Assembly: GCA_951406725.2 (NCBI GenBank)
Contig: OX597815.1
Location: forward strand, 101,556,001-101,620,000
Reading direction: 5' to 3'
Source of the DNA: Octopus vulgaris
Taxonomy: Eukaryota
DNA length: 64,000 bases
Position 1 is the first letter of the stretch, and the number at the start of each line of letters is the position of its first letter. Positions 27,600 through 41,955 of this stretch are shown in pieces. The notes beneath the pieces were generated by a model, which worked only from the letters and a program-made list of their open reading frames with translations, did no database searches and was not told where the DNA came from. The position numbers were made by a program, and so were the translations under genes.

Positions 27600-29460
27600 C
27601 TAGACACACAGCTTTCATAAAGAGAGACGTCGATTGTGAACATGACAATTCAGTGAGTTGTGTTTGTTTATGACTGGGTGGATATTGTTTGCTCTTTGAT
27701 ATATAAAAATGACCACTTTTCTCCTTTCTCCGTTCCTTGGTCGAATTATATTCCAACCAATCGCAATGTCAACAACTAATATACATTGAGTAGCAAAACA
27801 AGTAACTGAATTTAGTTCAATACCGATTAACGGGATGAATAGTGACCGCAACATCTGCATATCTCGCCCGGTAGCTTGTGGAAGTATTTCATATTTTCTC
27901 TATGTGGAACTTTTTAAAGTCTAATATTTTCTTATGTTTGTGTAAATCATATTGTGCCTTTGTCATAACCTAACTGCGATTTGAGTAGTTCTGCAAGCTT
28001 AAAGGTTTAAATATCACGTTTGGATTAACTAAGTTTGTACTGGTTAGATTCACACGAATCTGTCTACCATGTGTACATTTTAGGGTGAGCTACAAACCGA
28101 GTTACAACCTGTTGCATAATTAGGTCATCGCTGACTAATAAAGGCATCCCCACTAAATTTGCTTGGTGTGGAAGAGGATTTTGGACTCTTGGCTGAAAGG
28201 CAAGATTTGTCGAAAGGTAGATAAACTCAGGGATGTCAATGTGTACGTGTGCACATCAAATATGTGCATGGTTAGTGGCATACTTTTATTTCATTTAAAC
28301 GTGACAAGGAAGAAATAAATAACCTTCACCAACACATATTTGAAGCTGGCGGCAGTAGATCTGTTAGAGCAATCCGAGCGGGTAGCATCATTCTGTAATG
28401 CTGTGTTAGAAGCCATGATACAGGATAAACATCGGGAACGAAGTTTTAATGCTTTAACACATACCAATTTAAATAATCGGGAGATCTGGCGATAATTTCA
28501 CCCACGTTGGCAATCTACAACATTTTCATACAAGCTTAGTTGTTTTGACTTAATATTTCCCCTCTTAATATTCTTTAATAACCAGAGAGTTAGTCTACTG
28601 CTCTTTAACAATTAAAAAAATACTTGGACTAGTTTAGCATTTGTATCTAGTAAGACTGTTGTGGGACAGATCTCTAGCTAAGAGTAAAATAATCTTGTGG
28701 TGGTAGGAGTATTCCGCACACCTGCAACAATTTGATTGCTGACGGGTGAAACTTTCTGCAGCCACAGACGGTAGTAAATGAAATACATATCTGCGACAGT
28801 GAAATACTTCTGGATCTTCAGGGGTACAAAAGGGTATAGTATAAGCCGACGTAGATTTGATTCTTAGAGGTGCTGTATAAATATGTTTGGTGTATGTATA
28901 TACATCTTTGGTGACTTTTTTATGGTTTCATTTATAATCTGGCTTTTGTGATTTTTGGTGGACCGTAGAAAAGGCTAGGTTTGCATTTAAAATTTGCTAA
29001 ATAGTCAATTTGTTTGGTTGTCAGTTCTTTTCCATGGGTTTTAGTGATGACAGGATTTTCATTATTTTTTGCGAAGTGTAGTTTGTGAATTTTTCGTACT
29101 GTAGACTGTCATTCATCATGGAGATTACTAGATTTCTATAGTATAATGTGTTCATTATTACTAATGCACTTTCTTTATCTGCTTCCTTAATCGTTATATC
29201 TTCATTATTTTGAAGTTCTGTTAGTTCCTTCCATTGGGTAGCGCTAAAGTTTGAGTTAACTGTCTGTTTATGCAGTAGGGAACGTTTTCAATGTGGCTGC
29301 AGAATTCATACTTCTTCCTTTGTGGGGGATGTTTCACTTTGGTTTCTGACTAGTGAGTCATCTTCAGTATTGTAATTGGTTAATGCTTCTGTGAGTCTTA
29401 ATTTTCTACAGAATTCTGTTATACTGTCCTTCACTTCATTTTGGTTGGCTCTGCGTGGCG
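27600..29460 (-). mobile_element. Decayed Penelope-like element, reverse transcriptase region
   Basis: Minus-strand DITIKEADKESALVIMNTLYY (29137-29200; cf. Penelope IKPADKG..VVIM) and LTTKQIDYLANFKCKPSLFYGPPKITK (~28945-29030; cf. FYGLPKIHK). Boundaries are approximate. Confidence 0.75.
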
Positions 29461-29484
29461 TTGGGGTGAATATATGCTTATATA

Positions 29485-29555
<71 letters not shown>

Positions 29556-29595
29556 ACTATCTATATATGAAAGTATATATACACACACACACGCG

Positions 29596-29674
<79 letters not shown>

Positions 29675-29802
29675 TCACATGTGGACATTTAAACCTCTTA
29701 TAGGGATATTTTATCCAAGATCCACTGGTTTAATATATTATATTTTGAAGAGATATTTCTTCAATGAATATATTATATAAAATATTGTAAAATATCAAAC
29801 AT

Positions 29803-30611
29803 TATTATCGAGTTAGAAGACAGAAGGATACAACGGATACAAATTAATTTATTAATTAATGAACATATTCACCTACAATTGTTTCATTTCACAAACAAAA
29901 TTAAAATTACAAAACATATATAAATATATAATTTTGCATTTTAAATACCTTGTATGGAAAATCATCAAGGCGTACAAATACAAGGATTACATTAAGATAC
30001 GTTTGGAATAATCAGAATATAATAGACATGTCGGTATATTCGGAGTATTCCAAACGTATTTTAATGTAATCCTTGTATTGTTCTTTGTACACTCTGATCA
30101 TTTTCCATACAAGGTATTTAAAATGCAAAATTTTATACTTACCTCTGCCTTAGTGAAGGCAGAGGTATTGTTTTCACTCGTCTTTGTTTGTTTGTCCGTG
30201 GAAAGGATATCTCAAGAACCGTTGGATGGATTTGGACGAGACTTTCAAGGATGTTTGACCTCATGACTGGCACGAACCGTTTAGATTTCGGGATCGATCC
30301 GGTACCGGACAAGGATTCTGGATTATTTTAGCTGTCTTGTTACTTAATTTTTGAAAGTAGTCGGGATCATTTTTAGTATTCTCGTTTGTGAGAGCAGTCG
30401 AATTTATTTCAGATATTCTCATTTTAAAAATCATCTCTGGCTAATCGTTGAGAGGACGTTGGTGTTGTCTTGGCAGAGGTTTGCGCTCTCTCTGTGATCT
30501 TGTTATATATGTTTTGCAATTTTAATTTTGTTTGTGAGATAAAACAATTATATGTTAAATAATAAATTAGTTTGTATCCATTAGATCTCTCTGTTTTCTA
30601 ACTCGATAATA
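29803..30611. mobile_element. Foldback of two inverted HHR-bearing arms (~210 bp each); right arm interrupted; HHR-like motif at 29870-29972 (minus)
   Basis: 29803-30020 is mirrored by 30036-30138 plus 30505-30611. The left arm minus strand reads cgcc-TTGATGA-ttttcc...gaaat-GAAA-CAATTG-TA-ggtg; the right arm has CTGATCA at the core. Confidence 0.75.
30139..30504 (+). mobile_element. Helentron-associated non-autonomous element (HINE/DINE-1-like)
   Basis: 5' inverted repeat TACCTCTGCCTT/AAGGCAGAGGTA, then (GTTT)n, and a 3' subterminal copy GGCAGAGGT at 30472-30480. TT at both ends. It cleanly interrupts the foldback arm. Confidence 0.75.
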
Positions 30612-30623
30612 TATATACATATA

Positions 30624-30661
<38 letters not shown>

Positions 30662-30914
30662 CGCACGCGTGTATTTAAGCAGGTCCTGCTTTGCTATATG
30701 ATTTCTATCTTATGGTGGCTTCCAGCTAAATATACAAAATACATGTTATTATCAAAAATTCTGACGGTCACCTTTATCTCAATGTACAATATGTGTACAC
30801 AACTTCACATACTCTATACATGCATGCATGCATACATACATACATACATACATACATACATACATACATACATACATACATACATACATACATACATACA
30901 TACATACATACATA

Positions 30915-30983
30915 CTCTCTTGCTATCTTACTTGTTTCAGTCATTTGGTTGCAGCCATGCTGGAGCACCGCTTTTAGTTAGAC
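30915..30983 (-). mobile_element. LINE-type 3' tail shared with SINE family B, fused to the 5S copy
   Basis: Minus strand reads ...ACTAAAAGCGGTGCTCCAGCATGGCTGCAACCAAATGACTGAAACAAGTAAG. Confidence 0.85.
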
Positions 30984-31101
30984 GCTTACAGGACCTTGGT
31001 TTCCCAAGCGGTCACCCATCTAAGTACTCATTAGGATCAACGTTGCTTGACTTCGGTGATCGGACGAGAACCGGTGCTATCAAGGTGATATGGCCGTAGG
31101 C
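30984..31101 (-). pseudogene. 5S rRNA: Full-length diverged 5S rRNA copy (retrocopy or head of a 5S-derived SINE)
   Basis: GCCTACGGCCATATCACCTTGATAGCACCGGTTCTCGTCCGATCACCGAAGTCAAGCAACG...AGTACTTAGATGGGTGACCGCTTGGGAAACCAAGGTCCTGTAAGC, 118 nt. Helix I ends pair; box A and box C are recognisable; there is no oligo-T terminator. Confidence 0.92.
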
Positions 31102-31217
31102 ATATACACACACATATATGCACACACACACACATATACATATATACCCACACACACATATACATATATACACACACACACATATATATAAATATATATA
31201 CACACTCATATATATAT

Positions 31218-31489
31218 CACGTCACGTTATCACGTGACCGACCAGACCATCAGATGTTGTTATACATCGCTGGTCACAATGCGTTCGCATTGTTTTAGCC
31301 TTCGAATGATGCCATCCCGCTGGCTAAGCGAGCAGGCCAACAGAAGGAAGAGTGAGAGAAAGAGTGGTGAAGGGATCACCACCCACTGCCGAAGCCTCGT
31401 GGAGCTTTTAGGTGTTTTCGCTCAATAAACACTCACAACGCCCGGTCTGGGAATCGAAACCGCGATCCTACGACCGCGAGTCTGCTGCC

Positions 31490-31492
<3 letters not shown>
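31218..31492 (-). mobile_element. tRNA-SINE, family D head with an alternative tail
   Basis: The head matches 51340-51485. The tail (CGCATTGTGACCAGCGATGT...CATCTGATGGTCTGGTCGGTCACG) matches 37205-37302. Confidence 0.8.
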
Positions 31493-31872
<380 letters not shown>

Positions 31873-33063
31873 GCATATATGTGTGGGTATCTTAACTGTC
31901 AGTTGCAAGCAGAGAGAGACACCTTCTCGGACCTTTCATGTATGACCTAGCGGAACGCCATGGATATAACAGCTGGGGGTGGGGGAGAAGGCGGCATCAG
32001 CTGTTAGCTGGTACTAATTTTCTGTTGAACGAAGCTGATTGTGTCAGATGAGACTATCTTGGGGCATTTTTCTATGATCAGATGCCCTTCATGTCACCTA
32101 TCCCCACTTGTTTCCAAGCTAGAGTTGTAATAGTTGTCAAAATGATCCTGGTTGAACGAATTGGTCTAGTAGTGTTTGCTTTAGATTCGCGTGGGCTTCT
32201 TAAACACGAAATTACATATGGAATTTGCGACTGTCCAGCATAATTTACCTAATATTGTAATAAACACTCAAAATATTCACGCCTTCTACGATAGAATTTG
32301 GTTTCTTAAGCTGCTGCACTTTGGTGAGAAGAATCACTCCTGCTTTCAGACAGGTGATTCGTAAAGCGGTAATGATTATACAAATAGCGTATACTGAACT
32401 TTCTTGGATAAGTTGCTTGTCTGGGAATCGGCCCATAAGTGACAACAACGTATGCACGATGATCAATTTCCTTGTCCAATGAAGGGTGGTTGTAGATATA
32501 TAATGTGGGAAGTATCGTTTGTAAACTTCACTCTAGCGTTGGAAGGATATTCATGTAGAATATTTCTTCCATTGAAAACATCTGAAACGAAAAAAGGTGT
32601 CATGACCAAAATATTGTATCTATAAAAAGAAACAAAGAGAAAACAGAACACTGTATGGAAAATTTAAGAAATAAAAAAAGGATTCGTCCATACTTCTCAA
32701 ACATATCAAATGTTAGAAACGTTTTTGACTTCAACTCTACACACAACATGAATGGTAATGCATAAAAAAAAAAAATCAAGCTTTGTTTGCACATAAAAAA
32801 CAACAACCATTTATAACATACTTCGTTATGAGTCGAATGACAGCCTGAATCAGCGATTAAAGAATGTTTTGCCATCCCCGAAAGGAAGAGCGAGATGTGT
32901 TAAGATATTGTAAATCTAGTTGAATGTCTAAACATGTGGGTAGTTTCTGTGAAATGCATGAATGCAGGAAATTCTTGTAATACAAGAAGGACGATAGGCT
33001 CTAGACATGTGTGTAAATATATACACAACACACACACACATATATATATATATGTATATATAT

Positions 33064-33394
<331 letters not shown>

Positions 33395-33616
33395 GAAATA
33401 TTAAAATTACTAAGTCTCTATAAACGAGATTATGTATAGGCATGTGTGTGTGTGTGTGTGTGAGTAATATACAAATATGTGCATACACTCATACACACAT
33501 ATTAATATGTATAACTATATGCATATACATATAAACACATACACATTTCTGCTTGTTTTATAGTCTCTGTGTGCATGTGGGTGAAAGTGTTACTGTGGTT
33601 GTATGTTTATATAAAC

Positions 33617-33657
<41 letters not shown>

Positions 33658-36180
33658 TTCATATGTGTGTGTGTTTGTGTGTGTGTGTGTGCGCGCGAGT
33701 GCGCGCGCATGTGTGTGTGTGTGTGTACACGTGTGTATCTATGTGTTTCAACTAGATATCTGCTATTACTTCAGAATTGTTGACACCAGCTGTCGCCACC
33801 TGTCATAATCTCCGTTTAACAATTAATATCAATAAAAATTGGTTCTAGTTGAGATCTTTTATTAATCTTTAAATATTCTTTATTTTTGCCAACGCACTTT
33901 TCTTTTAATCTTTCTATCTACCCGACTATCTTACGCACTTCCTCACCCACCCATCTCCACCTATTTCCTCTCCTACTTTCTCATCTGCAGTTAACCTGTA
34001 TTATACCATAACTATACGTAAACAATACCTTCCTCTGTTCATATACAAGGACAAAGATCAACTGTCTTTCTGACTAAATATTCTCCCTGGTTTCTTTTGT
34101 TATTATTGTCATTGTTACTGCTGCTGTGCAGTTACTACATAGCAATAGGTCAATCCTGAATGAACAGATCTATGAAGAAATGAAGACCAGCCGTGAACAT
34201 CTCTTCTTTCATATTTAATGTATATCGAACTACATTATCCACGTTGTCTCATTTTTTAAAACCCTAAGTCGACTCTGAACGTACAAACTTGTAATCGAAG
34301 GCATTTATACCATGACGATCACGTCTTATTTTTCCTAAGATACTCGTGTTGTACCTCAGCCACACATAATCCAGTGTCTCCTTTTAAATAAAGATTGTAG
34401 AATAACATCTGAAAGAGCTTCAGGTGTTTCTAGTAGATTAAGACGGTCCCTCCTGGGGCCGTGTCTTGTTCCTTTATTTATATAGGATTCAAACAATTGG
34501 TAAATAATGCTCTGAGCTATCGAGGTTTAGTTTTATAAAAATTAAAGGAAGATTAATGTAAGGTTACACAGGAGGTGTATCACTGACCAGGAATAATTTC
34601 AGCGTCCCATGTGGTTGTTTGCTTTCCGATTCCAGTAGTGATCGCTGCAAAGAGATTTTCGCTTTACTGTATAAATTTAGTAAACGCTGATAGCCAATTA
34701 GGGAGCGTGTTGCACCACCAGTCGAGATATTTTGTAGATAGTTTTCGGTCACTGGTATTGCAATGTGTGTGTCTGTAGTCGAATACACTTGATTCTCAAA
34801 CAACCCAGTTTACTTAGTCACAAAAATTGTAACAACCGATATAGTTAGTGGTAGGTAGTGTAGCATAATTGTCAATCACGTTTGTAGGTCTGAGTTGAAT
34901 TATTTCTATAGCTTGCATAAGCTCGTGATATACATACATATATAGATAAGTGCATGCACGCTTGTGCTTGTGTATGTGTGTGTGTGTGTTTATATATTTT
35001 ACACTGTTAGTTATTTCGAGTGAAAACACGTATTCAGATGGACTGATAAATTAATATCAAGTGATAGACAGAAACGTGACGCACATAAATCTGTTCTTAT
35101 TGCCAATGCAACTCTACGAATCTAATTCACCACTTCAATTCAGAGTCACTTTGGTACTTCTGGAATCCCCAGATTCTCTGTTTCATAGTGTATGGCTCCA
35201 ATATTCCTCCTCAGATGTTTGCGACATATAATTTTTAGGGTTGGTTTGTAGCAAACTATATATTATTCTGCTGTGCTAATCTTTTTGTTGATTTTCTACA
35301 AGTGTTACTAAAATGACAAAACCACCGTGAACCACTCTGACATCATAATATATTACCCAACTACAGTTTTGTCTGATGCTCTCTGCTTAGATCGAACAGT
35401 TATTAAGTCAGGAGTGTTATTGTTGCATGTTGTTAGTTATCTATTCCTACAGTAAGGCTACAGAGAAATTTTGTCTTCATAGTCTGTCAGACATCTTAAG
35501 GCAGCACTTCGACCTATATTTAATTTCTTTTCGTATATTAGGTAAAGATAGAACCAATTATACTTTTATCACTCTGCTATTGTGGGACTAATTGACACCA
35601 CTACCAGGTGGTTTTCTGGATGGTATCTCTCTTGAGGATAACATGCTTGTCCCCCCTGCTCCACCACATCGCATGTGACTATACACAGAGCTAGTTCTTT
35701 TGCTGTCACACATTAGTCTAGCCTCTGTAAACCCGCAGACTCTAAGGGTAGAAAGATGTCCTTCGATCATTTTCGTAGAAACCGACTGAAGTTAAACATG
35801 TCGGATGTTCTATTTCAAACTTAATGTCAATGCGGAGGGCATTGAAAACAGTTCTTATGGCTTTCTCTATGAAGTGGGCTAGAAAAAGAGCATAACGGAA
35901 GGACTTTGAAGTTTAAAGAGAAAGCGGAGTGTATGTATCGCTTTTCCGCAATTAAGACTGATATTAGACCATCAGAAGACATGGTGCCACTGAAATGTGA
36001 CCTATTTCGATATAATCAACCACAATATGCAGACACACACTCACACATACACAAACACACACGCACACTCATGTACGCATACACACACACACACACACGG
36101 ACTCACACGTTTATATATATATATATATATATACATACATATGTATATGTGTGTGTATGCGCGCGAGCATGTGCACTATA

Positions 36181-36583
36181 TACTCTCTCTCTTTACTTGT
36201 TTCAGTCATTTGACTGCGGCCATGCTGGAGCACCGCCTTTAATCGAGCAACTCGACCCCAGGACTTATTCTTTTTGTAAGCCCAGTACTTATTCTATCGG
36301 TCTCTTTTGCCGAACCGCTAAGTAACGGGGACATAAACACACCAGCATCGGTTGTCAAGCAATGCTATGGGGACAAACACAGACACACAAACACACACAC
36401 ATATATATATATATACATATATACGACAGGTTTCTTTCAGTTTCCGTCTACCAAATCCACTCACAAGGCATTGGTCGGCCCGGGGCTATAGCTGAAGACA
36501 CTTGCCCAAGATGCCACGCAGTGGGACTGAACCTGGAACCATGTGGTTGGTTAGCAAGCTACTTACCACACAGCCACTCCTGC

Positions 36584-36584
<1 letters not shown>
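36181..36584 (-). mobile_element. tRNA-SINE, family B, full length
   Basis: Reverse complement of the family seen at 20448-20860. Confidence 0.92.
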
Positions 36585-36649
<65 letters not shown>

Positions 36650-37322
36650 TTGAAGTAGAAGAAACTGTTGCTACTCAGAAGTTTGTCGTACTCACGATGC
36701 TTTAGGCGACGAAAATGATGAACACACACACACACACACACGCACGCACACGCACGCACACAAACACACACACGCACACGCACACGCACACACACATACA
36801 CACACACACACACACACACAAAAACGCACGCACGCACATAGGGTAATATAAATGCACAAAGCGCCTTGAAATTCGAATAGCGAATAGCTGAGTAAAGAAT
36901 GACGGAAAGGACACGACATCCGTTTTACTCTGACTTAATATCCTTTCTTAAGAAACTTTCAAAATAACAGGTGGCCTGACAAAATAGACTTTAAAAATGC
37001 ATTCATATATATATATGCATATACATATATACATACAGATACCTTCAAGATATGCTATTAAGATATTACCTTTCAGTGCAGCATGATAGTATTGCTAAAA
37101 CAATATACAATGACATTCGTAGGGAAAACTGCCACGAGATACCAAAAGTGAAGTAAATAGGTCTTCGTCGGCTTCGACAAGTATCCAACTGTTCGAATTA
37201 CTCTGCGGGGTGGCGTCATTTCAAGGCTAAAACAATGCAATGCGCATTGTGACCAGCGATGTGTAGCAACATCTGATAGCCTGGTCAGTCACGAAGGTCA
37301 CGAATATATACATATATGCATG

Positions 37323-37410
<88 letters not shown>

Positions 37411-37412
<2 letters not shown>

Positions 37413-37747
37413 AAGGCGCATGGCTCAGTGGTTAGAGCGTCAAGCGTGCGATCGTGAAGTTTTGAGTTCGAATCCCGGACAGAGCTGCGTATTGTGTTCT
37501 TGAGCAAGACACTTTATTTCACGTTGCTCCAGTTCACTCAGCTGTAGAAATGAGTTACGACGTCACAGGTGCCAAGCTGTATCAGCATTTGCCTTTCCCT
37601 TGGATAACACTGGTAGCGTGGAGAGGGGAGGTCGGTATGCATGGGCGACTGCTGGTCTTCCATAAATAACCTTGGCGGACTTGTGCCTAGGAGGGTAACT
37701 TTCTAGGTGCAGTCCCATGGTCAGTCATGACCGAACCCCTTCGGGGT

Positions 37748-37748
<1 letters not shown>
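37411..37748 (+). mobile_element. tRNA-SINE, family C (CORE-like), full length
   Basis: A box TGGCTCAGTGG, B box GTTCGAATCC, core TGTGTTCTTGAGCAAGACACTTTATTTC. Homologue at 52554. Confidence 0.9.
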
Positions 37749-37778
<30 letters not shown>

Positions 37779-38269
37779 CACACACATACACACACACACA
37801 TATATATATATTATATACAGTAGTGATAAAGCTTGTTTTTTTCGATAGAAATCAGCTCTTTCCTTATAAGAATTCAAACAAATTACGAAGATAACGCACG
37901 TACACACATACACGCATACATACATACATACATACATACATACATACATACATACATACATACATACATACATACATACATACATACATACATGCGTATA
38001 TGCATACATACATACATTAACATCGAAACGACAAGTGGCGTATTTGGCCTGGGTGACTATCGAAAATACGATGAATACTATATCCAACTTTGAATCCATG
38101 GCTATCAGCCTTGTTAAATGATACCGTATCTGGTGTTTTTTTTTTTTTACTTACTTTGGCAGATACGGTATCAAAAGCTGTTAACGAATTTGATGATGAG
38201 TATTTACAGCAGTGTGATGGACTCACATCCTGGCAGATTAACGCCTGGCTACTACTGTAAAACAGTATA

Positions 38270-41200
38270 TGAATGATATTCAAAAAGTAAACAAAACCGA
38301 AATAACGAAGAAAATACCGTCATGGGTTTTCAAGACAGAGGAAAAGATAACTGGTTTACGGATGACCATCAGTCATGTAATGATGCTTATTGCATGCAAG
38401 CAAGCAAATCACTATACGTCCCACCAACAGAAAGTAAAGAAGGAGGTAGAAATGATGTTTGGAGACAGCAAAAAGAGGACACCCACAAACAGATTACCCT
38501 CAAGCAGGAGCTAAAAGCTGTCAGTGAAAAACTCTGACATCAGAAGAGAAAAGCTGAGAGAACAATAAGCAAACAGTTTAACCGCAACCAGGCAGCAGTA
38601 TACAGAGACATGAAAGGAGGAGCAGTAAACATCACTGAAGCTCCTTCACGAGAAAACATAGACTCCTGGAGGAAAATCTGGAGTGAAGAGAAGGAATTTA
38701 ACCAAGACGCTCTGTGGCTGGAAGAAATCCAAAAAAGTTATTGCTCCTGCATTACATCGAAGGCATACAAGATTGATGGTGAAACTCTTGCAACAATGAT
38801 CCAGAAACTCCAGGGTGGAAAAGCACCTGGAAGAGACTTGATTGCTGGATATTGGTACACGAAGCTAACATTCTACCGACCACATCTTATCAATCTGTAC
38901 CAGCAAGCGTTCATTGGGAACAGTGGGATACCATACTGGTTAGCTCTGGCAGAGACAAAATTGATCTCCAAATGCAGAACCACTTATATGGCAAAAAACT
39001 ACTGGTTAATTGTATGCCAGAATTTAATGTATAAGATATATACAGCATGTTTAAACTTCTTCTTACTGGACCATTGTGAAACCAGTAACATTATCATAGT
39101 AGAACAAGAAGCTGGGAAGAAGGGGTCCTGGGGATGTGCTGAGAAATTGTTAATCAACAAAACTGTGATGCCAGAGGTGCGAGAGCATGGGAGGAACCTA
39201 GTGTCAATGTGGCTAGACTACAAGAAAGCCTTTGATTCTGTTCCCAACTCATGGATGCTAGAAGCCCTTCAACATGCTATGGTTCCAATGATAATTATCA
39301 AAGTCATACATTACCTGACTTCATCATGGGCCACCATCTTGAAATTAAACATAAAGAGCGACTGTATTATCAATCGATAGAATACAGTATCGCCAAGGCA
39401 TATTCCAAGAGTACAGCCTCTCTGTAATGTTGTTTATACTTTCCGCAAACCCCTAGTCATTCATGTTAAGGAAGTCTGAAGGATATCTCACTGGTTCACG
39501 AGTAAACAGAAATACCAAAATTACACGCTATTTCTTTGTGGATGACTTAAAACTTTATGCATAGAATATGCATGAGATGAAAATGAGCCTTGACCTAGCT
39601 ACAACATTCTCAAAAGATGTAGGATTGGAGTTTGGTCAGGATAAATGTTGTTATATGTATGTGAAAAGAGGGAAAACTATAAACCAGACTGGTAACAGCT
39701 CTATGAATGATTTGACTGTTTCCCCTGATCTGACGAGGAATATTACAGGTATCTAGAGGTGGATGAAAATATATCTTACAGTGGCACCTGTAACAAAACA
39801 CGTGTCACTAAAGAATATTACAGCCGAATAAAGAAAATTTGGACCTCAGAACTCTCAATAAAACAGCGGCCCACAATGTGTTTGCAGTATTAGTACTCAT
39901 ACCAACATCTGGGCTGTTTGAACAATTGATGAGATCCGAGCCATTGATGTGAAAACCCGAAAAATACTAACAAGCACACATAATTTCCACATAACAGTGA
40001 ACAAGACCGCCTCTATTTAAAACGAAAAAAGGAGGAAGAGGCTTAAAATCAATCCCAAAAGCCTTTGAATGTCGCATCATATCCCTTCAGCAACATCTTT
40101 TAACCAACAAGTGTCGAAGTGCGTCCCTTGACCAAGTTGCATACATGAAGTTAATTACATCATAAGACTTGGAATGCAGCTCCTTGAGCAACACTCTTTG
40201 TCTGATAACCTAGAATACATGCCCAAAAAAGTAACACGACTCTACAGCAACGTATCATCAGATGAAAGGATGAACCTATATCAAAAGAAGACATGCATGG
40301 ATATGATACTAGAAAGCTTCGTGATGATAGTAACATCGATCATCAAAGCAGTTTATCGTGGACGAATAGCCGGATTACTACCTCCCACATAGAAGGGTAT
40401 GTGTTTGCAATCCAGGAACAGGAAATATCTACCAAGTACCTGATGAACAAAAGGGACAGAGATGCAGATAAAGCCGTAAAGTGTGACAACTTATGCAGAC
40501 TTTGTAGTGTTCACACTGAAGATATCACCCACATCATAAGCAGTTGTTCGAAAATGTCATCAGGGTGTTATCTACCGATGAGACATGACGTTGTAGCTAG
40601 GAACTCTATAATGAAATTCATCGGAAGGATAATCCTAAGGACAAAGAAATAAGAAGCCACATTATGGTAGAAGCTATAGTCACTCATAATAAAAAGGAAT
40701 ACTGATGGAATGTACCAGAGAAGACCTCAATAAAATGTAAGCACAACATACCTGATATAATGATTTGGGATTAGAGAATAGATACTGTGCACAGTTGTGC
40801 AGATTAGCTGCACAGCAGATGTTAACTTAAAGCTGAGGATCAATGAAAAAGAGAATACCTATGCTGAACTCTTGAGAAATCTGCAGTTACCCTATCCTGA
40901 TTACAAGTTCAGGTTTATACCTGTAATTATTGGGGCCCTGGGATACGTAACATACTGCCTAAATTATCAATCTTGAGAAATTATGCTTCTCAAAACCAGA
41001 AAGGAGAAGGCTAATTCGAAGTCTACAGATCCATTCCATCGCTGGAACTGTAAAAATCTGTAAAACTTTCCAGAAGTTTTTCATTTAAATATATATGAGC
41101 ATGTCTAGATATGCAACTATATGCATGAGAATACACACATAAAACATACAAGTCTGCACATACATACTTACAAATCTGCACATGCATACATACATGCATA

Positions 41201-41392
41201 CATGCATGCATACATACATGCATACATACAGGCATACATACATACATAATATATGCACACATACATACATACATACATACATATATACAAAAACACCCTG
41301 TTGTTGATGTTGAAATTTCAATGAAGGAGCATTGGATCTAGGTTAGAAACCGGTTCTTTATTGGCAAGAAATCTTGAAATAAACTGAATAAA
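38270..41392 (+). mobile_element. Decayed non-LTR retrotransposon, R4/Dong-like (RT + CCHC + restriction-like endonuclease), 5' truncated
   Basis: Motifs in order: KAPGRD..GYW, QNLMYKIYT, WLDYKKAFDSVP, QGIFQ..LS, FVDDLKLYA, then CRLC..EDITHIISSC, RHD and PDIMIWD, broken by stops and frameshifts. The presumed 3' UTR contains (CATA)n. Confidence 0.9.
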
Positions 41393-41524
41393 TATATGCA
41401 TGCATACATGGAAACACATACATACATGCAAACATACATTCATATACATATGTGTGTGTATACACATACATGCATGCATAATACATACTCCCCAAACTCG
41501 AGATTGTTAACAACATTGACAGAA

Positions 41525-41955
41525 GTAGTTGGGTCTCCAGAACCTGCTTTTCAGGAATGGGAGATAATAACTAAATATATATGATCAACGAGAGAGATAA
41601 AAATGCTTCTAAACTTCCACGTGGTCTTAGAAAAGTTGAATGTGCTACATCAGTTGAGAAAATGTCACCTTTGTGTAGAACATACAAATACCATCATCTG
41701 TTCAAAAATATTTGCAAAATGTTAATATCTGATGGAACATGACATTGATTCTTACTCTACAACGCTAGACGCAGGAAGGATTGGCATGCCAAGGGCACAT
41801 CAGGACATACCAGAATTTTTCTACTCCTTTAAAAATAAAGACTATTGGTGGAGTATTCTAATAAAAACATCATTCCAGTATAAACTCAATAAGCCAAATA
41901 GGGAGCAAAAATCATGCACATATGTAGATACCAGCTGCCAGCTGATGTAAATTAA
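41525..41955 (+). mobile_element. Second, older R4/Dong-like fragment (CCHC/RLE region)
   Basis: AFQEWEIITKYI parallels AIQEQEISTKYL of the upstream element; AGCTGCCAGCTGATGT parallels 40806-40821. Confidence 0.6.

Noticed and set aside
30984-31101. Functional 5S rRNA gene
   Set aside because: Solitary, diverged in the 3' half, lacks an oligo-T terminator and is fused to a retroposon tail.
38119-38173. Perfect 14-bp inverted repeat TGATACCGTATCTG/CAGATACGGTATCA around a T-run
   Set aside because: Real but isolated; no element boundaries or function can be supported.
41315-41360. ATGAAGG...GAAACCGGTT in the Dong-like 3' UTR as a hammerhead
   Set aside because: The core does not fit positions 3-9 and there is no stem I.
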